A stretch of 64,000 bases of DNA, taken from an uncultured Acidimicrobiia bacterium (GTDB lineage Bacteria > Actinomycetota > Acidimicrobiia > Acidimicrobiales > AC-14). Shown here piece by piece: positions 19,010-29,377 of this stretch. The stretch is from assembly GCA_963836205.1 (NCBI GenBank), contig CAWIIV010000017.1:128001-192000 (forward strand). Direction: 5' to 3'. A program made the position numbers and the translations under genes. Position 1 is the stretch's first letter. Every line of letters begins with the position of its first letter. Under the pieces are notes generated by a model, which saw only the letters and a list, made by a program, of their open reading frames with translations, was not told where the DNA came from and did not search any database.

Positions 19010-19989
19010 GACCATTCTGCCCCGCTCGTCGCGACGGGCGCGGGCCCGGCGCTTGCCTTCGTGCATGGCCTGCACCCGGCCGGTGGGGATGGCGTGGCCC
19101 TCGGCGACGAGGTCGGCCGGCAGCGGCTGGGGGCCGGGCATCCGCTCGGCCCACGAGTCGCGGTCGCCGAGCTGCCGCAGGGCGGTGTGGATGGTGAAGT
19201 CGGCCGGCCGGGCGGCGTCGATCTCGCCCAGGCCGGCGGGAACGACACCGGCACGCCCGGCCGCACCCGCGGGCTGTAGGCGGCCACCACCGTCGCCCCG
19301 CCCACCCGGGTGGCGTCGACGAACACCTTCCCGTCGCGGTCCTCCTTCATGAAGGCGACGGTCGCCAGGCCGGGGTCGAGGGCCGCGGCCCGGCCGGCGA
19401 TGGCCCGGGTGGCGGCGGCCGCGTCCTCGATCGACGCCTGGTCGTCGATGGGCACGAACACGTGGACGCCCTTGGCCCCGCTGGTCTTGGCCGCCCACTC
19501 CAGGCCGACGTCGGCGAGGGCCTGGCGGACGAGCTTGGCCGCGCCGACGGCCATGGAGAAGGCGTCGATGGCGCCCTCCGGCGGGTCGAGGTCGAGGACG
19601 AGGTGGGTCATGCGGTCGGGACGGTCGACCTTGACGAGGGTCGGGTGGTATTCGATGGCCCGCTGGTTGGCGAACCACACCAGCGCGCGGCGGTCGTTGC
19701 ACAGGGCGAACGCCACCTCCCGCTTGGAGGCCTCCGCCCACATCTTCACCGTCCGGACCCACTCCGGGGTGTACTTGGGGACGTTCTTCTGCATGAACGC
19801 CTCCTGGCCTCGGTGGACCCGGATGACCGACAGCGGCCGGTCCTCCAGCACCGGGAGGATCCGGTCGGCGACCCCGTCGAGGTACTCGATGAGGTCCCGC
19901 TTGGTCGCCTCGGCACCGTCGAACAAGGGCTGGTCGAGGTTGGTCAACGTCACCCCGTGACGTGACTCCGCTGCTTTGGCCTCAGGCAT
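19010..19989 (-). CDS. LigD-type NHEJ primase-polymerase domain protein (frameshift near 19230)
   Basis: TNLDQPLF, TKRDLIEY, FMQKN, DLDPPE, KTSGAKGVH, AYSPR; C-terminus continues in a second frame. Confidence 0.85.
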
Positions 19990-20040
19990 CGGATCTCGAC
20001 CGTACCGAGGAGTGCCGGTCCGGTACCCGCGGCGCTGGTC

Positions 20041-20550
20041 TTAGTCGAGGGTCAGGCGGAGGAGCTGGAGGCAGAGGGCGCGCAGGTCGGCCTCGGTGGC
20101 GCCGGTGCCGGGGGCGACGACGTCGGCCGCGTAGAGGTCGTCACCGACGAAGGCGAAGGCACTGGCCTGCCCGTCGTCGCTCGAGGCGAAGGCCTCGTCG
20201 CCATAGCCGGCGAGGGGCGCGTAGCCGGCGGGGACGGTGAAGGCCGCCCGCCCGCCGAGCACGATGGCGACGTCGATCCCCCGGGGACCGCCGTCGTCCC
20301 ACGTGAAGTTGCACCGACCGGGGTCGGGCGTCGAGTTCTCGGAGACGCCGCTCGCCGGCGGGAGCAGGTTCTGGACCTCGGCCAGGGTCACCCCGCACGG
20401 CGGGTCGGCATCGGTGGAGGTCCGGGCCGTCGTCACTGGGGAGGAATCGGTCGGGGCCGCCGAGGTCGTCGTCGTGTCGTCGTCGTCGCCGCCGCAGGCT
20501 CCAAGGGCGAGCACGGCAACCAACGCCACCAGGGACATGACCTTCTTCAT
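20041..20550 (-). CDS. Putative lipoprotein
   Basis: MKK signal, lipobox LGAC, Thr-rich linker. Confidence 0.8.
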   Translation of the reverse strand: MKKVMSLVALVAVLALGACGGDDDDTTTTSAAPTDSSPVTTARTSTDADPPCGVTLAEVQNLLPPASGVSENSTPDPGRCNFTWDDGGPRGIDVAIVLGGRAAFTVPAGYAPLAGYGDEAFASSDDGQASAFAFVGDDLYAADVVAPGTGATEADLRALCLQLLRLTLD

Positions 20551-20590
20551 CAGCGCCTCCTCGCGCTCGGAATCGAGAAATCATGCCCTC

Positions 20591-21238
20591 TTAGAGGGGT
20601 TCGAAGGTTCCCAGGGGCGGTGTCGGCTGAGTACTCGCGGGCGGGGCGAAGGCCATACGGTCGAGGAACAGGTGGACGTTGGGGCCGACGGTGACGGCAA
20701 AGGCCAGCGTGCCGATCCCGACCGAGCCGCCGAGGGCGACTCCGATGGCGAGGACGGTCAGCTCGATGGCCGTGCGCACCGCTCGCACCGATCGACCACG
20801 CCGGGCGAGGGCGGTCATCAGGCCGTCCCGCGGCCCGGGCCCGAGGCCGGCGCCGATGTAGAGGCCGGAGCCGGGCCCGAAGAGCGCGATGCCGAAGACG
20901 AGGAGGCCGATGCGGGCGGCCATCGACGCCGGCGTCTCGACGACGGCCATGGTCGCGTCGATGACGACGCCGATGATGAGGGCGTTGGCGACCGTGCCGA
21001 TGCCGACCCGCTCCCGCAGGGGGACCCAGAGGAGAAGGACGACCACCCCGACGATGATCGACGCGGTGCCGATGGCAAGGCCCGTCCGCTCGGCGACGCC
21101 CTGGTGGAGGACGTCCCACGGCGGCAGGCCCAGGTCGGCCCGCACCATGCAGGCGATGGCGACGCCGAAGAGCACCAGCCCCCCGAACAGCCGCGGCAGC
21201 CGTCGCCCCAACTCGGCCCGCGGCGGCAACGGAAGCAT
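20591..21238 (-). CDS. YczE/YyaS/YitT-family membrane protein
   Basis: LGLPPWDVLHQG, GIGTVAN, GPGPRDGLM, GGSVGIGT. Confidence 0.9.
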   Translation of the reverse strand: MLPLPPRAELGRRLPRLFGGLVLFGVAIACMVRADLGLPPWDVLHQGVAERTGLAIGTASIIVGVVVLLLWVPLRERVGIGTVANALIIGVVIDATMAVVETPASMAARIGLLVFGIALFGPGSGLYIGAGLGPGPRDGLMTALARRGRSVRAVRTAIELTVLAIGVALGGSVGIGTLAFAVTVGPNVHLFLDRMAFAPPASTQPTPPLGTFEPL

Positions 21239-21857
21239 CCGGCCAAGTTACGCGGGCCGACCCTCCTCGGCCCCGGATTTCCGCATGCCGCGACCGAGGC
21301 TCCACTACGAGCATTGAGGCTTCGAACCCGAGTGAGGACTGGACTCCATGCCGCCGAACCTCGCGCTACGGCTCGGGACGCAGCCCACCTCCGCAGCGGG
21401 GGAGCGACGCCGCGATGGACAACGACTGGTCCTGTCGCCACGAACTCCTGCACCTTCTCGGTCGGGTCGTCACGGAGGTCGACGTAGATGACCGCATCGC
21501 CAACCCACTCGCCGGGGACCTGCCAGTAGACCGCGTCGTCAGAGGCGAGGAACGTCCGCGCCAGGAGGTCGAGGCGCTCGTCGTCGAGCATGCGGGACTC
21601 CGCGATCCGACGAACGAGCCTCCCAGCGGCCACCCCGCCAACGGAGATCGGTGACCAGGAGCATCGCCGTGACGGGCGAGATGGACGCTGGGTCTCGTGG
21701 TGTTTTCGCCAGGAGATCGTCGGCGATCAACGACGACGGAACGGCCGCTGACGTGGCCGGTCTGGAATCAGGAGCACCGGCCCCTCATGCGGTTCTGGTG
21801 CGCCTCCGGAGACCTTGATCTTGCCGTGGTCGAGGCTCTCCAATCGCGGCGGCTCGA

Positions 21858-22063
21858 TTGAGGCCGGCGTGGTCGGCGACCACGACCAGCCAGAGCGCGG
21901 GCAGCGCGGCCCAGAGCCAGCGCCGGCCCTTGCGGCAGCCGAGGCGAACAGGCCGATGGCCGCGGCCACCAGCGCCGTCTCGATGTGGTGGCCGGCGTCG
22001 CTGGCCGTATGGCCGGCATTCGAACCGGCCGCCGAACAGCCTCCAGCCGTAGCGCCAGTCGTC
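21858..22063 (-). pseudogene. Degenerate copy of an internal segment of the PrsW-toxin gene
   Basis: Near-identical, with indels, to 28175-28383. Confidence 0.9.
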
Positions 22064-22064
22064 C

Positions 22065-22455
22065 TGGCGAGACGGCCCGTCGAATCGGCGTGAAGACTCG
22101 AACCAGCCGCGGGTGCATCGACCTCGACGCAGGACGATCAGCTAGCTCCGGCGGTGCGCCAGCGGATCCAGGAGGAGGGGCTGCCAGCGGGCGGTGGCGA
22201 CTGGATGTTCTGCAGCACGGCGGGACGCTTTCTCAACCCCGAATCACTCAGCCAGCTGTTCGATCGGGTGGTCGGGCGCTCCGCGGTCCCGCGCAACAGA
22301 TTCCATGATGTTCGCCATACGCATGCCTCGCTGCTCATCGCCGCCAGCGTCCCGGTAAAGGTCGTCAGCGAACACCTCGGCCACGCCCATTCCGGCTTCA
22401 CCATGAACACCTACCAGCACCTCATTCGCCGCCCTGGTCACCGCCAGCCGGTAGA
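22065..22455 (+). pseudogene. Tyrosine integrase C-terminal remnant
   Basis: RFHDVRHTHASLL, HLGHAHSGFTMNTYQH; degenerate paralog of 30085-30509. Confidence 0.9.
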
Positions 22456-22592
22456 CGTCCGCCGGCCTGGGCCGGCGGACAACAGCAGGTCACGGACTCG
22501 CTGAGCTGAGTGCCGATAGACCGCGCCGGTGACGCGTCTCGGGGCAGCAGAAGGGCCGATCCTTTCGGACCGGCCCTGACCTGCTCGTTTCT

Positions 22593-22638
22593 TGGTGGCG
22601 GGGGTAGGATTTGAACCTACGACCCTTCGGGTTATGAG
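22593..22638 (-). repeat. att site (3' part of tRNA-fMet), outer copy
   Basis: TGGTGGCGGGGGTAGGATTTGAACCTACGACC(C)TTCGGGTTATGAG matches 47785-47829 with one extra C. Confidence 0.93.
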
Positions 22639-23093
22639 TTACCCGAAGAATCCGGCGGTCCGTGCTGATTGGTGCGGGTTCGTGCCTGTGAGCTGGCCTT
22701 TCGTGGCTGCGTCCTCCTGGTTCGGGTGGCTCGGTCCGGGTCCGACCCGATCGGTCCGGTAGAAGATCCGGTAGAAGAACCACCCAGGTGCAGGGGCACT
22801 CGCCGGTCCTCGTCGTCGAACACGGCCATCAGCTCCAGCCGGGCGCCGAGGGCCTCGAGGTACTGGCGGAGCGTTGAGACGCGTACGTCGTCGGCGTGCT
22901 CGAACTTGGAGACCGCCCCCTGGGTCACCTCTAGCCGGCCTGCCAGCTCGGCCTGACTCACCGCCTCGGCGTGGCGCAACTCGTACAGGCGGATCTCCTC
23001 CAATGTCTCGACTCGCTTCTCAGCGAGACGCTCCTTGGCGCCGGGACGCGCCTCGAGCTCTTGGCGGAGCTCGGAGAACTTGCGTCGAGCCAT
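22632..23093 (-). CDS. XRE-family antitoxin (HigA-like)
   Basis: SQAELAGRLEVTQGAVSKFE, STLRQYLEALG; coupled to the toxin gene; tail extends across the att arm. Confidence 0.85.
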   Translation of the reverse strand: MARRKFSELRQELEARPGAKERLAEKRVETLEEIRLYELRHAEAVSQAELAGRLEVTQGAVSKFEHADDVRVSTLRQYLEALGARLELMAVFDDEDRRVPLHLGGSSTGSSTGPIGSDPDRATRTRRTQPRKASSQARTRTNQHGPPDSSGNS

Positions 23094-23449
23094 CAGATCA
23101 ACCCCTCGTCGCGCAACTCGTCGAGATATCGGTCGTAGAGGTCATCAGCGGCGGGTACCGCCCACTCGTACCATGTGTCCCAGTCGCCGCTCTTGTCGCC
23201 GCCCAGCAGTAGGATCACCTGCCGGCGCGGGTCGAAGGCGAACAGCACGCGGAGCGCCCCGCCTTTGGAGGCCCTGAGTTCCTTCATATTGTGGTGCCGC
23301 GATGTGCTGATGCGGTCCACCACCGGCCGGCCCAGGTCGGGCCCTTGTCCGGCGAGGAAGTCGACACGGTCCGTGACCGACTCCTGCTGGTCGACCGACA
23401 ACGCCTCCCACCACTCGATGAACTCGTCGGTGACCTCGACTTCCCACAT
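23093..23449 (-). CDS. RelE/HigB-like (Gp49-like) toxin
   Basis: GPDLGRP, NMKELR, LRVLFAFDPRRQVILLLGGDK; toxin-first gene order. Confidence 0.9.
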   Translation of the reverse strand: MWEVEVTDEFIEWWEALSVDQQESVTDRVDFLAGQGPDLGRPVVDRISTSRHHNMKELRASKGGALRVLFAFDPRRQVILLLGGDKSGDWDTWYEWAVPAADDLYDRYLDELRDEGLI

Positions 23450-23592
23450 CAGAATCGTACATTACTCATAGCTCATACAGTGCCTAGGTGATCGCACGTG
23501 GTCCTGTCATGGCGCTTCGTATGGGCTGACCTCCTCAGATCGCGCCTCGCCCCCGGGCAGCGACGTCGACGGAAAGTCAAGGGCCGACAGAA

Positions 23593-23772
23593 TCAGTATC
23601 GCTCGGCCCGAAAACCGGAGGCGTCGCCGAGGTGGAAGTAGATCCGCCCGCTGAGGGACCCGTCATCTTGGAGGGTGGCCCACCCTCGGCCGCTGACCGG
23701 ATCTCCCTCGTCGGTTCCGTCCCAGCTGAACTCGACGCGACGACGGTCGGTTCCGTCGCGACGCCAGTCCAT
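23593..23772 (-). pseudogene. C-terminal fragment of a conserved hypothetical protein
   Basis: VEFSWDGTDEGDPVSGRGWA..GRIYFHLGDASGFRA. Confidence 0.45.
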
Positions 23773-23817
23773 TGTTGCCACTCACGACGATGAATCCGAA
23801 GCTGCCCGTACGGTCGG

Positions 23818-25530
23818 TCAGGTCCAGCGCTTCTTGTCGATGAGGGCCATGAGGTTCCGCTTACGGCCGTGCTCGGCGATGACCGTCGCCAGGAGGCGGC
23901 TGAACAGCTGCGGCTGATCGCCTTTGGTGGCCAGGGTCCGGATTCGTGCGAGGAGGTCGACGGCTGCTCGGTAGCCACCGTTCTTCTTGGTGTCTATCTG
24001 CGCGGCGACCGCTCGTTCGTAGATCGGGATGACGTCGAGCGGATGGGTCGTCTCCCGAGCCCGCGCCAGCGTCATCCACGTCCGCTCGTCACAGCCGTGC
24101 GCCGCGGCCGCCGACCATGCATCGTCGGCGCGGCCCTCGTAGAGGAGGATCTCGACCAGCGTGGTGGCCGGCGCCCGGTCGAGCAGCGGGTTGCGCGTTC
24201 TCGGCTGGGTGTCGCCAGCCTCCAGGCGCCGTCGGAGGAGATCGACGGCTTGTCGCCGGCGGGCGTCGCCGTCGGCGCTCTCGGCCAGGAGCTTGCGGTA
24301 GCCGTCGAGGGACGGGTGACTCTCGAACGCCTCACACCACAGGGCCTCCGCGGCCGGATTATCGCCGGCGACGCGGAGCTGAGAGGCGAGGAACTGCCGC
24401 AGCGGGGGCGTCTGCCAGTGCCGGTCGGCGAAGGTGTCAAGCCCGCGCCGACACCATTCGAGCGACTCTGCTTGGCGGCCGGCGGCGACGAGTGCTTGTA
24501 CGACCTCCAGGTAGTCGTCGGGCGTGCGAAGATCGCCGCTGCGGATGGCGATGAGGTCGTCAGGGTCGCCACCGGCCTGGGCGACGCCGATCATCGCCTG
24601 GGTCGCCGCGAACGCTCCGTGCCCATGGGGATCCTTCTGCTTCTTGGCGGCACGCCACCTCGGCTCGACGACTCGTCGGTAGGCGGCGATCCCATCGGGC
24701 CCGAGCACATCGGCATAGGTCGCTGCTGCTCGATGAAAGGTGTCGAGCTCGCTCGTCAGCTCGAGCTCAGCGAGGCGCTCCGCCAGCTCGACCGGATCCG
24801 GGTGCGCCTCCCGGCATGCGCCAAGGTGCAGCTCGCCGATCCGTCCCGAGATGTCAGTAAGCCAGCCGTCGCTGTCGTCGATGTACTGCACCGCCATATC
24901 GGAACGGCGATGCGCATGCTCAGCGAGCGCCACCACCGCGGCCGCATGCCCAGCGCCCACCAGGTCGCCGAGGGCGGCGAGGACGCCGTAGATGTCCTGG
25001 GCCCAGCCGGCCACCTCGGCGTAGGGGATGAAATGCCGGCTGTCCCCGAACACCGAGTCGATGCGCCGCTTCCACGTCCGAAGATCCAAAGACCCGCCAC
25101 CTTGAGCGATCGCCTGCGCCGTCAATCGCTCCCGCAGCCGCCAGTCCGAGTCGACCTGCTCCATAACGAGATCGACCAACGCGTCATTGTCGAGCCCGGC
25201 CAGGAACTTGCGTACATCTGGTTCCTCATCCTCGCTCCGGGCGGAGCGCTTCGACTTGCGGTCGGGTCCCGCTTCCTCGATCGCGACGGCAACGCAGTGC
25301 TTACAGAAAATGCCCTCCTCCCCCACCGGGCAGTTGCACGACCACGCCACCTTCGGGCTGCGACGAAGCTCGACGTGGTACGGCATCGAGCCCCGTACCA
25401 CCGCCGTCACGGCATCGCCATGTCGATCGCCGACCTCGACGCGCCCGCCGCGCTGGTAGCCGACGCCGCGCAGGAACGAACCAGGGTCCGCCAGGGACTC
25501 GATCTCGCTACGCGTCCACACGCCGGGCAT
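23818..25530 (-). CDS. SWIM zinc-finger protein
   Basis: CNCPVGEEGIFCKHCVA (CxC-xn-CxH); helical C-terminus; ATG at 25530. Confidence 0.88.
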   Translation of the reverse strand: MPGVWTRSEIESLADPGSFLRGVGYQRGGRVEVGDRHGDAVTAVVRGSMPYHVELRRSPKVAWSCNCPVGEEGIFCKHCVAVAIEEAGPDRKSKRSARSEDEEPDVRKFLAGLDNDALVDLVMEQVDSDWRLRERLTAQAIAQGGGSLDLRTWKRRIDSVFGDSRHFIPYAEVAGWAQDIYGVLAALGDLVGAGHAAAVVALAEHAHRRSDMAVQYIDDSDGWLTDISGRIGELHLGACREAHPDPVELAERLAELELTSELDTFHRAAATYADVLGPDGIAAYRRVVEPRWRAAKKQKDPHGHGAFAATQAMIGVAQAGGDPDDLIAIRSGDLRTPDDYLEVVQALVAAGRQAESLEWCRRGLDTFADRHWQTPPLRQFLASQLRVAGDNPAAEALWCEAFESHPSLDGYRKLLAESADGDARRRQAVDLLRRRLEAGDTQPRTRNPLLDRAPATTLVEILLYEGRADDAWSAAAAHGCDERTWMTLARARETTHPLDVIPIYERAVAAQIDTKKNGGYRAAVDLLARIRTLATKGDQPQLFSRLLATVIAEHGRKRNLMALIDKKRWT

Positions 25531-25958
25531 TCGACGATTCTGTCCTGTCCGCTCAGCCAGCTCGCCGTCTCCCCGCGAGCAGGTCGAAAACCGCAGCCAA
25601 GTCTCGGTCACTCCTTGGGCGCCGGCTGATCCCAACCTGAGATGCGCTCGATGGTCTTGCGAATGTCTCGGGCGGCGAGCTCGGCCCTTTCGGCCTTCTC
25701 GTGGAGATAGGCGATCTGCGAGAAAGCTCCGATCTGGTCCAGCTCGCCGTCCCAACAGGCCGCCAGCCTCATGGTGAGGTTTTCGAGTTCGCAACAAGTG
25801 TCGGTTGATCGTCGCCGCTTCGGCGTGCGTCTCCATCACCGCGATCGACCCCGGCAGCTCACGTCGGCGGTCAAGCAATTCGCGAAGACGATCATCGATG
25901 TCACCCATGCCCCGAAGCGTACGTGCGGGTCGGGCTGTCCGGCCGCGACGATGGTGCG

Positions 25959-26350
25959 GTGAAGCGTTCGACGACGATCAGGCATCTCGTCGAGATGGCC
26001 GAGGTGGCGACGGAGCGGATGCGCCTCCGCGAGACCGACATCGGAGGGCCGGTCGAGGAGAGGTGGGTGACGGGTGAGCTGCTGGGCTTCGCGGAAACGC
26101 TCGAAGCGGGAGCGGTCGTGCTCGTTCCGTCACCGCCGTGGCTGCCCGCCACAGATAATCCTCGGGCGATTACCACCAAGGTGTCCGTCAAAGCATCGAG
26201 TGGCTCGGTTCCTCTACCGATCGTGCTACCGGGCGGTGATCGGTCCATCTCGTTGCCCGACACCCGGACTCTTCACCGAGGTGGACGGAGCGCGCCCGCC
26301 AGAGGACCCCGTCGTCGCGATCGTTCGCGGCAATCGCGGCCGCTGACCGT
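25959..26350 (+). pseudogene. Degraded hypothetical gene
   Basis: VKRSTTIRHLVEMAE..WVTGELL N-terminus looks coding, then loses coherence. Confidence 0.35.
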
Positions 26351-26357
26351 AGAGACG

Positions 26358-26999
26358 CTACGGATCGTTCCGGATGGGCGCCTTGGGTGGTAGCCAAAAC
26401 GACACCTCCGCGCCTGCGGCGCGTAGGTACGCGAGGACCTCGTCCTGGTTCGCGTTGTGGAGTCCGTCGGGCGTCTCGATGGAGGCCGGGCCAGGCAGGA
26501 TCGTCCCGGACGCTCCGGCGGCGTCGAGCTCCCCGAACGTCGCGTCGTGGAAGGAGGTGCGGTCGAAGCGTGCGCCCTGGAAGGAGCAGCCGCGGAGGTC
26601 GGCTAGGTGGAACGAAGTCTTCGTCAAGGTCGTCCGATCGAATCGGGCGCCACGAAGATCGGCCTCAAAAAAGCCTGTTCGCATGAGGTTGGCGTCGGTG
26701 AAGTTTGCCTTGCGAGCGATGACGGCGGCGAAATCGGCTTTCACGATCTGAGCGCCGTTGAAGTCAGCGCCGACGCACGATGAGCCGCCGGCGAAGACGG
26801 CGTAAAGGTCTGCGTTGGCCAGATTCGCGCCGTCGAGCCGGACCTCGGATAGGACGACGCCGGCGAGGTCGGCCTCGGAAAGGTCCATGCCACGGAGGTC
26901 TTCACCCTTGAGCACGAGTTCTTGCCCACCGCCTTCAAGGTGGAACCGCCGGTTGTGGGCGGCGAGGAGGGCCTCGAGATCGGCGCGGTTCTTACCCAT
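26358..26999 (-). CDS. Pentapeptide-repeat protein (putative immunity protein)
   Basis: Tandem A[D/N]LXX units (EDLRG MDLSE ADLAG, ANLAN, ANFTD ANLMR, ADLRG); starts 3 nt after the toxin stop. Confidence 0.9.
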   Translation of the reverse strand: MGKNRADLEALLAAHNRRFHLEGGGQELVLKGEDLRGMDLSEADLAGVVLSEVRLDGANLANADLYAVFAGGSSCVGADFNGAQIVKADFAAVIARKANFTDANLMRTGFFEADLRGARFDRTTLTKTSFHLADLRGCSFQGARFDRTSFHDATFGELDAAGASGTILPGPASIETPDGLHNANQDEVLAYLRAAGAEVSFWLPPKAPIRNDP

Positions 27000-27002
27000 T
27001 GC

Positions 27003-28947
27003 TCACGGCCACCATATGACCTTCCCGGCGAGCGCGGGATCCCCGGTGATCGCCGACCGCAGTTCGGCGACGTGACCGGGAGTCATCTTCGTGGTGTCGA
27101 GGATCACGTTCTCGTCCGACGAAACCGACTTCTGGATGTTGGTCATTGCGTCCACTCGGCTGTAGCCGTTCGGGTAGCCCGAATGAAAGCCCTTGACGTC
27201 CCACGCCTGGCCGGACTGATCGATGAACTCGGCCCCGCCGGTCGGGTCCCGGCGCAGCCGTGACAGCCGGCCCGAGTCCTCCAGGGAGCGGCCGACCCGG
27301 GCCTCTTGGAGCGTCTTCAGGTCGATATTCCCGCCATGGGCCGGATCCCGTGCCAGCTCGGCGAGGTGGGGATCTTCGGCGAGGTCCTTCCTGTCCGCGT
27401 CGGACAGGTCGTCGCGGCCTGGTCGGCCGCCGGATGGTGGATGCTGCGCTCCGGTTGCCGCCATGACCAAGATGCCCGTGCCGGCGAGGAGGGATGTGAC
27501 CGCGGCCGCGCCGGTCCCCCGCGGTCGTCCCGCCGACGACGATGACCCCGCCTTCGGTCACAACGAGGCCGCCTGCGACGGCTGCCACCTCGGGGAGCAG
27601 GAGCAGCGCGCCCAGGACGAGAAGTGCGAGGCCGGCGCCGACTACAAGCCCATGACCGCCGGGGCCCATGCCGTCCCACCAGTCCCCGAGGGCGTCGAGC
27701 AGGCCTGCGAACCAGGCTCGCCGCGATGAACGCAGTGTCGGGCCGATGTCGACGGCCAGCGACCGGGCCACCAGCGCGCTGAGCCCCACGCCCAGGGTGG
27801 CGGCCACACCCGCGAAGGCGCGCGTCGAGAGCCAGGGCCGGGCCGGCGAGAACGGCGCGGCCGAGAACTCGCGGCCGCGTCGCTGGGCGGCCCAGACGGC
27901 AAGCCCGTTGGCGACCCGGACCCGCGCCGGGCCGGGACCGGCCTGGTACGCGCCGTTGGCGGCGGCCCACGAGCTGCCGAGCTGGTGGAGCGGCGCGGCA
28001 AGACCTGATCGGCCCGTCTGGGCTCGGGCGTCGGAAATCACCGCAACGGCGAGCAGTCCGACAAGCAGCCACCCGCGGTTGAACCCATGACCCGTCCACG
28101 ACCAGAGGGTGTGCAGGTACACCGGCACGGTGGACCGTCCCGACGTGAATGCGGCTTCGTCGGCGACGGTCGCGTTGAGGCCGGCGTGGTCGGCGACCAC
28201 GACCAGCCAGAGCGCGGGCGGCGCGGCCCAGAGCCAGCGCCGGCCCGTGTGGCCGCCGAGGCGAACGGCCAGGCCGATGGCCGCGGCCACCAGCGCCGTC
28301 TCGATGTGGTGGCCGGCGTAGCTGGCCGTATGGCCGGAATCGAACCGGCCGCCGAACAGCGTCCAGCCGTAGCGCCAGTCGTCTCGCTCGAGGAAGAGCG
28401 AGAAGATGCCGGGACGCAGGGCAACGCTGCGAACCATGTCCTCGGCAGCCTGGAACCCCATCCCCGAGGCGAGCCCCAGCAACGCCCAGTCTGTGGCGGC
28501 GAGCCGCCTCGCCCGACCGGGCGCCAAGAACGCGATGACGGCGAGAGGAACGAGCTTGAGGCTCTCCTCCATTACCGCTGCTATCGCGACCGACGGACCG
28601 GCCGAGCCGACCGGCAGCCCGAGGTCCCCCGCCATTCGCTGGCACAGGAACGCGATCGCGAACGCCCACAGCGCCGTCAGCGAGAACAGTCGGAAGATCG
28701 AGGACCACCGCAGCGTCTTCGTCGGTGCGAGCAGCAGCCAGCCGAGGAGCATGAGCGAGCACGCCAGCCACACGTCGACCCCTCGGTCGAGCCTGTCGAC
28801 GACCGCTCGGGCGACCAACACGACCACGATGGCGGCAACGTTTACGATCAGCAGCCGTTTGGCGCGAGCCGGGCTGGCGCCCAACCAGGCGAGCCAGCGC
28901 GCCTGCACCCGCTCCCACCATTCACCTGCTACGCCCACCACCGCCAC
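27003..28947 (-). CDS. PrsW-family intramembrane metalloprotease fused to a C-terminal nuclease-like toxin (+1 frameshift in the C5 run at 27516-27520)
   Basis: PrsW motifs EESLK, GMGFQAAED, GHH..TA, DHAGLN; C-terminal DPAHGG..EARVG..RDPTGGAEFID..WDVKGF..ENVILD. Confidence 0.75.
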
Positions 28948-29029
28948 GCAGACACGGTATTTGGCCTCCGGCCCAGGCGCTGGCTACGCCGGGACGCGCT
29001 AGGGCCCCGAGCCCGGCGTATGGGTCGAG

Positions 29030-29200
29030 CATCACGTTGGGGGACTACCTCTTCGGCCGGTGGCTGCCGGCACGGCGGGCGTCGCTCTCACCGACGATGT
29101 ACGCCCGCTACGTCACCTCCGGCGGAGCACTACCTGCTCCCCCATCTCGGGGCACGTCGAACTCAGCCGGCTTCACGCCGACCAGTTCGCCTCCCTGGAC
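29030..29200 (+). pseudogene. Integrase N-terminal (SAM-like) fragment
   Basis: GDYLFGRWLP..SPTMYARY, HYLLPHLG, LSRLHADQ; similar to the N-terminus of the integrase at 40302. Confidence 0.6.
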
Positions 29201-29377
29201 CGGGGAGCATTGTCAGGGATATCGACGATCGATACGAACATCAACTGTGACGCTACGGCCTGAGATGGAGTCCAACACGTGTTGAGCGGCACCGTTCGCT
29301 CGGCGGTGACGGCTCGCGACTGCCGGCGTGGCCCAGCTCTTCGGGTTGGCGCCATAGTGGTCGGCCAGGCTCTGACG

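Noticed and set aside
22593-22638. Additional tRNA-Met gene
   Set aside because: Only the 3' part is present; the D-arm and 5' acceptor strand are missing
25531-25908. N-terminal extension of the SWIM ORF
   Set aside because: No recognisable domain; SWIM-like sequence begins at ATG 25530
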